62,960 nucleotides of DNA, filler included, from Sphacelaria rigidula (GCA_964200075.2; 11 parts of 11 records of this genome joined end to end with filler, not necessarily neighbours in it); one strand, 5' to 3'; positions 11,773-25,129 are shown, counted from the whole stretch's first letter. Translations and numbers: made by a program. Notes: generated by a model from the letters alone, not told the origin.

Positions 11773-12529
11773 TTCATGGTCGAAACCGCTTGCGAATCCC
11801 GAGCCTTTTGGACGAAACAAATGAAATTTCGATGGCATCTTGAATCTCATCCAAAAAATGGTGAACCTCAAAAACGAACCCAGGCTGTTTCGAGGTGATC
11901 CAGTGTTGTTGATGTGATATGAGACGCTCGAGAGGAAGGTACATATTATGGAGGTGGCACTGCACGTAGTTGATCATGATTTGAGAACAAAGTGATGTTA
12001 ACGTGTAGCAGCAGGTGTATCCGTCAGCATTTCTTCGCGAAAACCCGCGACGGACGAGAGTCATACCTATGCGTCTCGTGTTCATCGCCAACTGATCAAA
12101 ACGCTGCCCGTGTCGATTTACGGCCTATTCGTGTAACCACCACACACCACACAAGACACGACCATTATTCCCTTTCCTACCCAAGCGCTTGCAATAAATG
12201 TACTCCGGAGTATTGCAGCACTGGCAAGGCGACCATCACCAACAACCTGCGGGCATGATGATCAAGCACCTCACAACAAGGAGGCCACCGCTTTCAACAT
12301 CTGACCGACCACGATCGTGCTGCACTGTTGCCTATAGTTCATTTTATAGCATTTCACCCTTATTACAGCATTTTGGTCACAGTCCATCCAGTTCGGGGAG
12401 GAGGTGAAGACTGGTTCACGGAAAGGAACAAAAAACACTCATCCGCAAACTTCACGCCGATTTAAGGAGTAAGACACTGAACTTTTGCACAAATGCTCCA
12501 TGGACCATAATCAACTTTTCAAGGCCGAG

Positions 12530-13390
12530 TTTGTTTTTACTTTTTTACGCTTTTCACGGTTTTTCGAGGGTCCCACTTTTTCGGGGAAACTTCGATCAAG
12601 ATGGACCCCCATAGAACGGTAAAAACGGGAAAAATCGAAACACTTCGTTCATCAAAAGTGGCGTAATTACCCACAGAACATATGTGCAAAATTTCAGGGT
12701 CTAACTCCTTGAGTCGGCGTGAAGTGTTTCGCGCCTGTGCGATGAACCTTGCCGTGCAACGGTGAAACCGCAAACTACTAGATTTTAGTGTGAAAGTAGC
12801 GTGGGCGTTCCTTGACGTGAACATGGAATTTCAAGCATCATTCTGTCGAGTTTGGCCACGAACCTTTGTGAGGATTTTCCTTGGGTTTTACGGCGGCAGG
12901 GCGTTTGCGAAAAAATTGGGAAACAAATCGTAGTGCCGGTTTTCCGGGTCCCCAGAGTGGACGACTTCGAAAAAACGACTTGGATCCCGTTGGACCCCCG
13001 AAAAACGGTAAAACTTCAAGAAGCATACAAAAATCGTTGATCGAAATTTGCGCAATGATTCATAGCACACTTATGCAAAGTTTCAGGGTCTAACTCCTAA
13101 TAACTGCGTGAAGGTTTGCGTGTTTGTGCGAGGATGTGAGCTTCAAATGTGCAAACTCCTAACTACTTGGTTTTGGTATTCAAGCATCATTTTGGGTAAA
13201 TTTTTCGTCAAGGCAGGAAAAATCGTATGAGATTTACGAGTTTCTCCACCAAACTTTGTATATGAATTCCTTGGACTATCATGGGACGCATAATGTTATT
13301 CGTTTTTATTTTGAGTCATCCTGTACCGCCTCCCACGAGTCTTTGTACTGGGACCCCCGGAAGCCGGTAGAGAACGTAGAAACTCTCAAC
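12530..13390. repeat. Degenerate DNA-transposon-like repeat region
   Basis: GGACCCCC...CGGTA(A/G)A motif about four times, in both orientations; duplicated TGCAAA.TTTCAGGGTCTAACTCC (~12684, ~13075). Confidence 0.5.
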
Positions 13391-13487
13391 TCTTGCCAAG
13401 AACACACGTTGTTTTCCATTACGAGCATCAATACCTACGGGACTGAAAATTTTGAGGATGATCCGAGCTTTTCTACAACAGATATAA

Positions 13488-13741
13488 GAGTCATCCTACG
13501 AGAGGGCGGGGAGTATTTGGTTGCATGAAAAAAAAGGCTCATAACTGTGTCAGACGACCTACCGCAGTCGCCGTGCGCTTGAATTTGGTTCAAAACTGTG
13601 TCTTTCGGTATGAATGAGCGTTATATATCTATAACAAGCTCGTTCGAGCCACCGTTGCTGCTTTCGAAGACGATTTGACTCGGAATTTCGGGCAAGAAAT
13701 GGCCCAGAATACCCCCCCCCCCTCCCATCGTAGGATGACTC
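13488..13741. mobile_element. Sola2-like MITE (GAG termini, 4-bp TSD ATAA)
   Basis: ATAA|GAGTCATCCTACGA ... TCGTAGGATGACTC|ATAA; homologous to 29729-29977. Confidence 0.85.
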
Positions 13742-13809
13742 ATAAGGGAAATCGTCATGAGGCTCCCTGAGTCTTTCCTACGTACGTATCATGAATGGAA
13801 ATTAGACGA

Positions 13810-13980
13810 CGCCAAACCCCACATCACCGAATCTTACGGTTTCGGGCATAATTCGATCCCGTTGGAACCGTTTTCAAATCTGTTTCTCTCGTTAGATTCC
13901 TGAGGTGATGGTCACTAAGATTTGAAGCATGTGGAGATTCGGTGGAAGTTGGGCTTGGAATTTGTATTTTCAATTTTGGA
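13810..13980 (-). repeat. Dispersed repeat shared with ~49930-50090 (+)
   Basis: The reverse complement aligns over AATCTCCACATG.TTCAA...CGAATTAT..CCGAAACCGT...TTCGGTGAT.TGGGG. Confidence 0.55.
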
Positions 13981-14626
13981 ACAATTTGGGAGGCACTGAT
14001 TGGTCGAGACACATGTTCGTCCATAGCGCCACCGCTATAGGCTTGAACGAAAATCTGACTGTGTCAACCTCTTCGCCTGTTCATTGTGGTGAGTGTGATA
14101 CAATGTAAGCGGTTATTGGGTGCGTATTGCAGAAGACATTTGCTTGTAACATAATGTGGGTCTTTTGCATGAATCAGCCTGTACCCGAAGCTACTCCTGA
14201 TGTCCCGAAGCTACTCCTGATGTCCCCCAGTGTGTGCAGATCGATAAAACCAAAATATCCCGCAAGCTGTAAGATCTCCAGGTAAGCAATGTACTCGCCT
14301 TGGCAAGCTAACAAGCGACAAGCGCTCGCGATTTATACCGCAAACACGCTATAGTAGCTCATTTCGTGAAGCCGCATATCTGATCGTCTCTCATGCGAGA
14401 ATACTGCACTTCGAATCGTACGATCCGACGCGCGCCCAGAAATCCAGGAAAAAACGACAAGAAAAAACAGATTTTCACACCGGTCAACCTAAAACCATCT
14501 CAATTAACGATCTATCTGACGGCTTGTGATGCCCGACCCAAACGTCACATGAGCTGGATGTAAAAACATTACCACACAGTGTCACGTCAAGCATTGCAGC
14601 AAGAAAATTGAATTCAACCTATCGCA

Positions 14627-15590
14627 TTACTGGTGAGAACGAAGGTCCCAATACACGTGGATAAACGCAGATTTCATCATCTGTCGAAACAGAACTCTGA
14701 GCGGTGCGTAGTATCCACTCTCAGCTAAGACTTCGCCCTTGTTGTTGTTGAAGGGTCGGGGGTGAACGCCTGCTGCACCAGGCGTCGGCTTACTCATAAT
14801 AACGCTTCGCCGCTCTGCTCTCAACCCGCCACCCCCATCATCGTCGTTGCAGTGCGTGCTTTGTTGTCGAGGTAGTGGCCCATTACTTCCGCAATCTCTT
14901 CCGCCGACATCAAGGCCTGTTTGTTTTGACAACATCGATCCATCTGTTGAAAGTCAGAAGGAGACGGGATTTGTGCGAGACGATCATGTCCAGTGGAGGC
15001 GAACATACTAACTTCAGTATAGTAGCCCTTGCTGAGTGGATATCGATTACACAAAACAACGTGGCTGGCGTGGACGACGAGGAGGTCGCGCGCGGGGCAA
15101 CTGATTTTTCCGGGGCCGGTGCCTGTGCTACTTGAGCAAACGTCGGCTGCACAGAGGACGACGAAGACGCGCCTGCGCCTGCGCCCGTTGACCCGCCGCT
15201 GCTGCTTCCGCCATTTTTGTTGCCGTTCCTCCCTATGATGAACGATGTATAATGGGGTAGAAAAGAAAAAACCCGAGGGTCTCGCACACTTGTCTGAAAG
15301 TGGTGTTCGCCAATGTGGAAGTCGTGAGACTCCCGGTGACGGTAGAAACCGTCGAAGGTGGCCGATGATTTCCCTCGGGTTATGTAGTCAAAGATTGACC
15401 GTAAGTCGTGGGGTTGAGGCAAAGTGGATCACTCGGGAAAGCTCGACGAGCGCGAGCGAGTTAGCCCGATGACGAAGTCTGAGAGTCTTGGTCAAGAGTG
15501 ATTCCCAGGGATAGCCAGTAGTTCGCTGGGAAGATCCCTGTTACCTTGGGGTCCCAGATCCGGCTGTATTTTTCGGGGCTCCTGCGAACT
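14627..15590 (-). pseudogene. Probable decayed coding sequence, unidentified
   Basis: Protein-like segments continue across frames (DLRSIFDYITRG..., LTFNRWIDVVK, LMSAEEIAEVMGHYL, GEVLAESGYYAPLRVLFRQMM) but are broken by stops and frameshifts; no family recognised. Confidence 0.3.
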
Positions 15591-16324
15591 TACCCCTGCA
15601 ACAGCCGTTCACTAGGTTACACGTCATAATAAAAGGAAATATCTCCGCACATGCCCAAATGGCGATCTCCACACGTTCGTGAGATTGAGAGCAGAGCACT
15701 GATTGAGAGTGGCTTTGTTAATTCGGTGTAACTTAGCCAATTTTTCATTCCGTGTGTGCTTTTCTTTGCCTCAATCACTGGCGTGTGCTTCCAGCTACAC
15801 GTCGATATCCTAGACGAGGATATCAAGGGCCTCAGCGGCAAGCTACTACAGAAAGTATATTGGGCCTCGGGGAGGGGCATTTCGGAACTGAAACGATTCA
15901 TTCACTAATTAATCGCTTTTCACTCTCAATCGTATCCTCGACTCTCAATCTCACGAAAACACTGTTACAACCGTCTCGAAGGCGGGTGACTAAACCGTTA
16001 CTTGGTACTTCTTTTCACAAACCATTTATTTGATTGGGAGACACAGTGAAGCAGCTGCGCTCTTCTATGTGAGTGGGTTGTTAACAACTTCTTGCACGAC
16101 AAATAAAATTTATGACTTCTGTAAGCACCCCATACCCGTACCCGACAGCTCTGTCTGTGGTTTCTATAAGAATCATTACTGGTACACGACTGTTCTGTAC
16201 AATCTGTGCGAAATGTTAAACCTTACTCGGGCCATGGGTATACGTACTCATGTCCGGTTGCGGGTAAGGGTTCCTATATATCTATATACCGTACCCAACA
16301 AGTTGTGTACGGTAAGTGCTGTAA

Positions 16325-16603
16325 GGCCCGTTATTATCGACACTGTTTTTCGGAGATATCATAATACTTCGGACCTTTCGGACTCTGCGTTTAGAAATCT
16401 CCGAGAGCGAGGCGGCTCGATTTCTACTCTAGAGCTTTATTTTTGGATAAGAAGTCCGACAAATTCGGACGGCGACGCAGCACTTCGTAGAGCTGCATCG
16501 TGTGTACGCCGTGGTTCTCATAAGCACGCGAGAGTCATGAGGTACCCTGCCAGTGCCGAAAGTTTTGGAGACTCCGGAAACATAGTGTCGATAATAAGGG
16601 GCC
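16325..16603. mobile_element. PIF/Harbinger (Tourist-like) MITE, TSD TAA, nested in a TACCCG-rich repeat (~16120-16710)
   Basis: TAA|GGCCCGTTATTATCGACAC ... GTGTCGATAATAAGGGGCC|TAA. Confidence 0.85.
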
Positions 16604-16929
16604 TAAAAATTCCATAACAGTACCCGACAGTTCTGTAAGTTATGTAAGAAATACCATAATACCCTGCCGAATATACCCGTACTCTACAAAAGACAACCTT
16701 GGAAGTTCCACTTTTTTATAATCCCCTCAGATACACGAAATAATCATTCTGTAGGTTTTTATTCCTTGTTCCTTTCGTTTCCTTGCTTCTGTGGTTTTTA
16801 CGGTAGGCATGTGCACAAGAGCTGTTGACTGTGCCACCCTCCGCGTATGTATTGGCAGCAAGGTCTAGCACGTGACTCCTGCTTATTTTGCTCTTCTCCC
16901 TCAGCACCCTTAATAGCGGACTTTGCTCT

Positions 16930-17030
16930 TCATCCATTTTCATCCATTTCATGATGAAATATGGACTGAAATGGATGAAAATGGATGAAAATGGATGAAA
17001 ATGGATGAAAATGGATGAAAATGGATGAAT
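16930..17030. repeat. (ATGGATGAAA)n 10-bp minisatellite with a short inverted copy
   Basis: Direct tandem at 16971-17029; TCATCCATTT copies at 16930-16950. Confidence 0.9.
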
Positions 17031-17229
17031 GAACAACAAATTGTGCGAATTGAGGTTTAACTCCGAGACGAGGTTCAAGCCCAAAACAGTGCTTTCCCCN
17101 NNNNNNNNNNNNNNNNNNNNNNNNNNNNNNNNNNNNNNNNNNNTTAATTAATTAANNNNNNNNNNNNNNNNNNNNNNNNNNNNNNNNNNNNNNNNNNNNG
17201 CGGGGGTGGGGGGCGGCGAGAGGGGGGGG

Positions 17230-19800
17230 AGCGTGACCCATGACCTTGCATGCCGTAATCGTGAGATCATTGACCTCGCATTCCTACAGAGCCGGGTTTT
17301 CGCAGACCTGACTCGGAATCAATCAAGGGCAGGTCGGGTAGGGTATACCCGATACTTGATATTCTTGAAAAGTCGTACTCGTAGTACCCAAGATTTGGGT
17401 AGAGTATTTGGCATCATATCCAATCTGCCCAAATTTTGGGTAGAGTGTTGATGTCATACCCAAGTGATACTCTATATTCAAGTATCACCGAGAATACCAA
17501 CACATATTGGGTTGAGTGTTTCAGATCGTACTCAATTTATCCAAAACTTGAGTCGAGCATAAAAATTGTACTGAATCTACCGCAAATTTGGGTAGAGTAA
17601 TGAGGTCATACCCAAGTGGTGACTCTATACCCAGGTATTGCTAAGAGTGCCTATCCAATATTGAGTGGAGTATTCGAGGTGGTACTTACTCTACCCAAAA
17701 CTGGGGTAGAGTGTCTGAGGCCGTATCCAATCTAGCCAAAAATTGGGTGAAGTATTTGAGGCAAAAGCCCCATCTACCCAAAATTTGGGTGGGGTATCTG
17801 AGGCCGGACCCAATATACCGAAACCTCGGGATAACTGTAATATTTAAGTTCGTCCCCAAGATACCCGAACCGTCGGTACAACACGGACCACCGGGGTCTA
17901 TTTTGGGGTTAGGTCTAGTACTCCTGCCCCCGACGCGCATTTTTCTGTTGTTTCCTCTCGCGACTGTTACGGTGTTTCTACATCTTCGACCGTTTCCACA
18001 TCTTCGACCGTTTCCGCCTCCGGGTCTCCCATTGAGAAGTCAGACGTGCGACCCGTAGAGTTGCTTTTTTTTACAATACTTACCCGACTACCTGTCTACT
18101 CGATTACCCAATGATGAGGAGTAGCGCTTTGTACTGAAACTGATATCGAAGATGATGCCAAGTATGGGTAGGGGTATGTACTGACGGGGGTGGGGCAGAT
18201 AGGTTCGTGCGCCTGCACGCTTCTTTTGTTTTTTTATGGCCACCGCTCGCTCATACTCATTATAGCCTGTGACGTGACGCCATTCATCTCATTGACGGCC
18301 ACCGTTCGCCCATATCGACATAGTCTGTGAAGTGACGTCACGAAGTCGTCAACCATCACGGTTACTCATCATACACAAGTGATACTCCATATACGACTAT
18401 GACTGAGATGACTTTCCCAATATCGGGTAGAGTACGTTAGGTCATACCCAATCTACCCAAAATTTGGGTAGAGTATTGAGGTCATACCCAAGTGATATTC
18501 TATACTCAAGTATTACTGAGGGTACTTACACGATGTTGGGTAGAGTATTCGAGATCGTGCTTGATCTACCCAAAAAATGGGTATAGTTTCAAAATCGTAC
18601 CCAATCCACCCAAACTTTGGGTACAGTGTTGAGATCATACACAAGCGACACTCCATACCCAGGTATTGCTAAGAGTGGTCCCCTAATATTGGGTAGAATA
18701 TTTGAGGTCGTACTCAATCTAGAGTATTGAAGCCTTATCCAATCTACCCGACCGTTGGGTAAAGTAAATACCCGGGTATTTTACCCGAGTATTCGAAAGT
18801 ACATACCCTACCCGGCCTGCCCTTGAAATCAATCACTAAGCGCGAAGCGCCGCCACGTGTTCAGTGAGTCGTATGAAGGGTGAGCTGCATCCTGCTGAGA
18901 TTGTGCGGCTCGAGTTGTTTCATTTTCTGGTATCGCCACTTCCAGAGACAGCCACGGGTTACACGCTGCTTCATGGGGTGTCTCATTAATCGAATACTGC
19001 GTATTACGGCCGTCCCTTTTTGCGCGGAGATGAGGCTCTCCACCCCGCATAATGATCTAGCTCGACTACCATCATGGTTACAGCAAAAACAACGCAAGCG
19101 AAAAAACAACAGGCAACCTCTTTGACTAGATTACACAGTGAGTGGCGCGTTTTACAGCGCCGTTGTCAACCGACGCCAACCCCATGAAGGGGGGTAGAGG
19201 GCACTCATTTGTTGCTTGTCTTAACGGTTTGACTATTGACCACGCATCCCTTTCGAGACGGAGCAGGGGGGGGGGGGGGGGGTACTCATGATCAGGTATG
19301 CCGTAGTCATATGACTATTGACCCCACATCCCTATACAGCCAGGACGGAGCACACCGGGTCTTCGGCGGACCAGACTCCCAATCAAGCTCCAAGCGCGAA
19401 GTGCCGTCATGTGTTAGGCGATTCGCATGGAGGGAGACCTACCTCCTGCTAACATGTTTCAGCTTGAAGCTTTACTATTTTCTTGCATATGGATGACAGC
19501 CTACATTGATGTCGTTCATTTTCTGGTATCGCCACCTCCAGAGACAGCCACGGCTTACAGACTGCCTCATGGGCGTGTCACTATTCGAACACTACGTAGT
19601 ACGATCATCCCCTTTGCGCGGACTTGAGGTTCTCCCACTCTACACAATGTGATATAGCTCGACCACCATCATGGTCACCCGCAAAACAAAAACGCAAGGG
19701 AGACGGAAAACCCGGTAACCTGGTTGCCTCGCTTACGCAGTGAGTGACGTGTTTCAGCGTTTCAGCGTCACCGCCAACCGACGCCATCCCCATAGGGGGG
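17230..19800 (+). repeat. Two adjacent copies of a high-copy unclassified repeat (family R1), the first split by the hAT element
   Basis: Core GAGCTGCATCCTG...CCACTTCCAGAGACAGCCACGG...CTCATGGG. Copies or parts of the family also at 45697-45764, 51435-51496, 54900-55250 (-), 57030-57228 (-), 62560-62927. Confidence 0.8.
17324..18825. mobile_element. Non-autonomous hAT-like element (1.5 kb)
   Basis: TIRs CAAGGGCAGGTCGGGTAGGGTAT / ATACCCTACCCGGCCTGCCCTTG; 8-bp TSD GAATCAAT/AAATCAAT; many subterminal TACCCAA..TTGGGTAGAGT repeats. Confidence 0.85.
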
Positions 19801-19829
19801 GGAAGGGCGGGTAGAAACGAACTGCTCAC

Positions 19830-19931
19830 CAGTATGAAGCCAGAACGAGCCTCACGAGCCAGCAGTGAAACACGACGATCAGCACATAGGGGTACAGCAG
19901 CATCACCGCAATGGCGATCAGCCACACAAAG
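19830..19931 (-). CDS. MCTP-like C2/transmembrane protein, internal exon 3 of 3 seen (TM segment)
   Basis: Acceptor TTTTTCGAACAG, donor GTGAGC, phase 2 to 2; encodes (S)FVWLIAIAVMLLYPYVLIVVFHCWLVRLVLASY. Confidence 0.8.
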
Positions 19932-21273
19932 CTGTTCGAAAAAATAGGAGCGTAAAGACACATACACACACATTGTTCAGACGGGGTACGAGGACAGGGC
20001 AGCGACGACCCACACAGGTGGAGTTACGCGGGTGGTATATCGTAGGCGTCTTCAATGGGGACGGCATCAGCGGGAATGGGTGGGAATGTCAGATATATGC
20101 GGGAGCCATTTCCAGCCGCCGATGACTGTGACGTAACGTTGGTTCATTTTTTTTGTCCTTGTTTTTTCAACTTCGCCGGTAACAAGGTATTTGCTCCAAT
20201 TGCTGCTGCGAGGCGCGAGTCCTCTGCGGATGCTTGCGCGTGTGCTGGATACGCATGTTGACGGCAAAGTCAAAAGAATGATCGTGCTTTGTTTGTTGGC
20301 CAGGAACTCTTGTGAACAAACACAACAACACGAAGACACCACACACGTACTTCACAAAACAAAATATCGTCTCGACAAAGAATAGTTCAAGGTTTCTTCG
20401 GGAAACATACTGTTGTCTCGAAAAATTAACATTGAATATTTGTCAAAACACACACAGACATAGACATACACATCTGGCAAGAAAAACCCACGAATAAAAA
20501 AAAAGGAAGCCCTCTGATCGAGAATGGGGTGCACGTTGAGGGCACGAAAAAAAGGCGGCACACTGAATGTTGTGTTGTTCGAGAATACTTGGACACAGCG
20601 AAAAAAAGAACAACAACGAAACACGCAGACATTAATTGATCACATCGTATTCGGGAAAAACAAATTTTGTCGTCAGAGTAGATCCAGGTATTTCAGGAAC
20701 ACGCTCTCACACACCATCTCAGAAAAAGAAAGCACACTCCGAAACGAAGCCGCTCGATCAAGAAAACTTCAGGAAAACAGAGCGGAAACGCCCGCTGGCC
20801 ATGCAGGCAGGCCTACGTCGGCGGCTGTCATCACTTGATTTACTCAATTAAATTGTTCATCTATTCGTCGCGTAACGACTGATGTGCTGCGAATCCAACC
20901 GTGATGACAAAACAGACTTGCGACCCAACGAACACTACTTGCTTAAGATCCGAAAACGGGAGAAAAGCGAAGAAAAAAGAAAAAAGAAGAGAAATAACAA
21001 AGTCAAAGTGGGGAAGAGTAAAGTAATGAAAAAAGAAGTATACATATATGGAGAATATACAGAAAGATTCACATAAAATGAGATAAAATGAAATAAAATG
21101 AGATAAAACGAAATAAAATGAGCTGGAACGGGAAAGATAGTGAAAATAATCATAAAAAACAAAAGGAAAGGAAAGAAGAGGAAAGGAAGAGGAAAAAAAA
21201 AACGAAAAGAAATCAGACTCTGCGAAATATTTTGATGTATGGACGACCAAAAAAAAACATCTAGTAAGGTCAC

Positions 21274-21392
21274 CTGTGCCACGGTCGAACCCAGCACATG
21301 ATCTCGTTCGCAGCCTTCATAGCAGAAACGTACGGCTTGAACAGCTCCCAGGTCAGCATCATCTGTCGATAAAGCTGATTCGGAGAGAACCT
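21274..21392 (-). CDS. MCTP-like protein, internal exon 2 of 3 seen
   Basis: Acceptor AAAACAG after a C-rich tract, donor GTGACC, phase 0 to 2; RFSPNQLYRQMMLTWELFKPYVSAMKAANEIMCWVRPWH resembles the pre-TM W..P..S region of MCTPs. Confidence 0.8.
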
Positions 21393-22590
21393 CTGTTTTT
21401 TTTCGGGAGGGAGGGGACGAGGGAGGGGTTTTCAAATAAAACCTTTCAGCCGTCCCAGGTTAAACGCACCGTCAGGGGAAAACAGACGATACGATATCAG
21501 ACGACTTATCGTATAATCGGAGGTTGGGGACGGGGGGTTAAAGGAAGAATATAAAATAATGATCGCCTCAAAGCTGATCCACCGCCTATAACAGGATATG
21601 GAATAGTTGGGCACACAGCATGACAACAGTGGAAGAAACAGGGTTCATATCAAATTATCGTGGGAGATTGTGAGTTCAGGGCAGAGATTGTGCGAGATCA
21701 TAACGCGTGTGATCATGCGTGTGAATATCTGCGTAGATGTTTCAATGTGTTGTGCACTAGACTGTGAGATAAACTCTCTGCGTTCCCTGCCTTGTTGACA
21801 TGGATCTGTCGTCAGTCAGCCAAAGGCCTGACTTATTCGAAATCCGAGCATATCGTCTCCTCTCTCTTCAAACTGACATCGGGAAATCAGATAAAAACGC
21901 CACGCCCAGGTGCGGAAAATGGTATAATACATCACCAACCACTTTAGGCGGTGTACAAGTAGTGCGTTCGGATCCCGGCACTGCAGGAACTGGTTCATTT
22001 CCACTGGCTACCGTTGTGGAAAACCAAGATACTGTGAGCTAACGGAACAAGAAGAAAAAGTCAACGCATTTCGGCGGAGTGCGGGGGTAGTCATGATTCA
22101 ATGCTCAAAAGATATCCCGTTAGAGAGGTACAGTACCGGGGATATATTGATTGATCGTTCGAGACAAAGGACTCTTCTTGTGAAAGGGAACAGAAAGGGG
22201 AAAGGAGTAGGGGGGAGGGGGGGAGGGGGGGAGGCATGCACATGTTCATCTCAGANNNNNNNNNNGGGATATATGGTGGTGGGTGGTGAGAGAGGGGGGG
22301 CGTTTTGGGGAAAGGGAAAGAAAAGGGGAAAGGGGGGGGGGGGGGGGGGGGGGGGGGGGGAGGCATGCACATGTTCATCTCACTTTCACCGTGACTCCTT
22401 CAGAGAAACATTCAAAGAAGACAAATAAGTGTGCCGACAATCCTTGCGTTGGTGAGAACTTGAGAAGAACACGCTGGAGTATGACACACAGCCGACTGTA
22501 CTGTACTGTACTGTACTGTACTGTACTGAAACTGAATCGCTTACGCGCACTGTAAGGGCACTGTACGTGGAAACGGCGTCGAGGACGTAC

Positions 22591-22680
22591 AATATTTTCC
22601 GGCTTCAAGGGCTCTTCCGGCCACACGTGACTGCATGCCTCCGCGAAGGGGTCGAACTGGAACCACAGCTCAAGTCGGAC
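22591..22680 (-). CDS. MCTP-like protein, internal exon 1 of 3 seen (end of a C2-like domain)
   Basis: Acceptor TTTTTTGTTGCGACAG, donor GTACGT, phase 0 to 0; VRLELWFQFDPFAEACSHVWPEEPLKPENI. Confidence 0.78.
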
Positions 22681-25045
22681 CTGTCGCAACAAAAAATCAG
22701 GGAGAAAAAAGACATCATGATTATTTTATTATCATCACCATCATCAGTATTACTAGACCGTCTTTTGCCATTATTGTTTGGGCAATGGCCTAGAAAAGGT
22801 ATACCTTGTCGTTTTTTGTCTAAGAAAGGTACNNNNNNNNNNNNNNNNNNNNNNNNNNNNNNNNNNNNNNNNNNNNTTAATTAATTAANNNNNNNNNNNN
22901 NNNNNNNNNNNNNNNNNNNNNNNNNNNNNNNNCAGTCGCCTTGTGAACATGACCACATATATAGTAGAGTACAGTTATTCCCGAATTTCCCCCGAGCACT
23001 ACATGTTAGTGTTATCAACTAGGGTTTACTATAGGATGGTGACCCAACAAAAACTCGGGGGATGAGAGGTTGGGCCTACACAAAATGCAAGTAAATGATG
23101 AAAATTTTGGGAATCCGAGCCCCGACAACGTGGGCTTTCTTTTGCTTCGAAGGCTTTGTTGTGGGCCAGGGACAGGGTACACCATCTTTGCAGTGGTATC
23201 ACTCCCGGCAACAGCCCCCTCCCCCATAATTGAATGCACGTAAATCCAGGTACTTCGGGAGGTCCTCCACCATGGCGATGAGGGGGTCGATCGGGTAGAT
23301 GCCCGTAGTGGGCAGAATCCTTGATGTATATTTATTCATTGATGCATATTATATATTGACGAACTAGAACAGACTGGGACGGACTGCAACTGAATACTGT
23401 GGGGAAACCCAATCGCACAAATCGGTAAAACTCATCTCCCTTCCCAGCCATCAATCACACGAGCGCAACATAACCACGCATCCTATAACTGCGTCAAACA
23501 CCATAATCTTACATGAACACACAAAGTACCATAATCGTGGTTGTTGCTACACACCACAAGCCACCGTGCGTACACCAAGAATTATCACGTGTCACATCAG
23601 AGATATTCTCATTTTTCGTCCGATTGAACCGTCGCAAACAGTACCTGCACTTGACCGTTCATACCCGATCCTCAACCGAGGTACGAACCTATTCCAGGCA
23701 AATCCAATCAACCATGTATATCATACTTGAGTGTGAGTATATTCGATTACCCCACTGGTCGTTTTGATGTGGTCGATAAATTTCGCCTCGCCCTGATTGG
23801 ACAGGTCGCTCCCAGACTTGTTCATTATTATTTTACTAACACGTCGTGAATGTGGTGTTAGCGAGCTTCAGTTCCAAAAGGTTAAAGCGGGTTGAAGTTT
23901 CAGCAAAAACAAGAAAAATGCTTTAACGTCCTTGAAAAATTGACGAAAACAACGACAGCGCTCCAACACATACGGGCACTCGCGCCAACGACATCCTGGT
24001 GAGGTTTTGGCCAAAAATACCCCAAATTGGGCTTTGCGCCGCATTTTTTGTGTGACACGCCTGCGCCGGTTTAATTCAAGTATCTCTGGAGACTCCAATT
24101 ATGGAGGTCATGAGTTCGAATCCCGACAGATGTTCTTTTTTTCGTCCGTCGTTAAAGTCATTTATTATGCAGCACATTTACTATTTCTTCACGCAGCGGC
24201 GGTGCCGTGTGTTACCAGGTTGATGTGCACTTCATAGCGATATGCTCGAGTCGTGCTGATTTGGAAAGCTTGAGAACTTGTGGTGTGGAAAGCGAATGCG
24301 GGATTCACTGCTGGCCCAGCTCGGATACGGAGTAAATAATAATCCGACCAACCTCCATGAACTCATGACGAAGCGAAACACCCCCCCTCCGCCGGCGCGT
24401 CACTTGCTTTCATTTTCTCCTGAAAAAAGATGCTATATTCGCGGGAGATCCTCAACTCTTTTTTCATACGATGGAAAATATAAACTACTCGACCATCGCG
24501 GTTTGAAAAAATCCAGGCTGACAAGCTTATTCAGTGTGGGTGATGCAATATACTCCTCACCGCAGGTCGAACGCTGGACACGTGAAACTTTCTCAAAACT
24601 GTACCGAAAATCCTGAAAATCCACATGATCTCACCTTGTAGACAGCAATAAGAGCTTGCGAGAAGGGATGCCGTAGTTCGAACCTTGGTGAAGGTTCGAG
24701 GGAATAAATTGACACAGTTACCTTGAGCCAAGAGGACATGGCTCACGCGCCTTCCCTCCTCCTCTAATACGTTTCAATTCGGACAGACGGCCAGAGGCTC
24801 AGTTGCAACAAATACCCCTCGGTGTCATGTACTTTTTCATCATCACAATAAGGTGAACGGTCCAGGCGATTCCCGTCAGTCATAGTGCAGATCCAAAGAT
24901 TGACGATCGATCACGACCAAACTGTAACAGCTTTCGGGCAAGAGTATAGAACATACTGAATCACTTCCGCTGCGCTACTGGGCTTGGCCAACATGCTTCG
25001 TTGCACACGCCGATGGACGTCCTCTGGTTCTCATTTTCCCCTGAG

Positions 25046-25129
25046 GAACGAGATATGTAAAAGCAGCAGAAGCAGACGAACAGCGTTGCATTTACCGGTT
25101 CGTCCACTGGCACCTGAGGCACCGGCCAG
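25046..25129 (+). CDS. Candidate exon of an unknown + strand gene
   Basis: Pyrimidine tract then an atypical GAG acceptor, donor GTATGT, phase 2 end compatible with the 26784 exon. Confidence 0.3.

Noticed and set aside
15225..15260. IIGRNG resembling a KH-domain GxxG loop
   Set aside because: Followed by low-complexity sequence and overlaps a likely splice acceptor; no KH context.
20861..21250. Hydrophobic F-rich ORFs (also 11485-11898, 42633-43053)
   Set aside because: Translations of purine/pyrimidine-rich simple repeats, mostly in introns.
22200..22385. Direct repeat GGGGGAGGCATGCACATGTTCATCTCA flanking a 10-N gap
   Set aside because: Probably an unmerged contig overlap at a poly-G tract (assembly artefact).
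23240..23320. Possible minus-strand exon ILPTTGIYPIDPLIAMVEDLPKYLDL
   Set aside because: Weak splice sites, no partner exons and no recognisable family.
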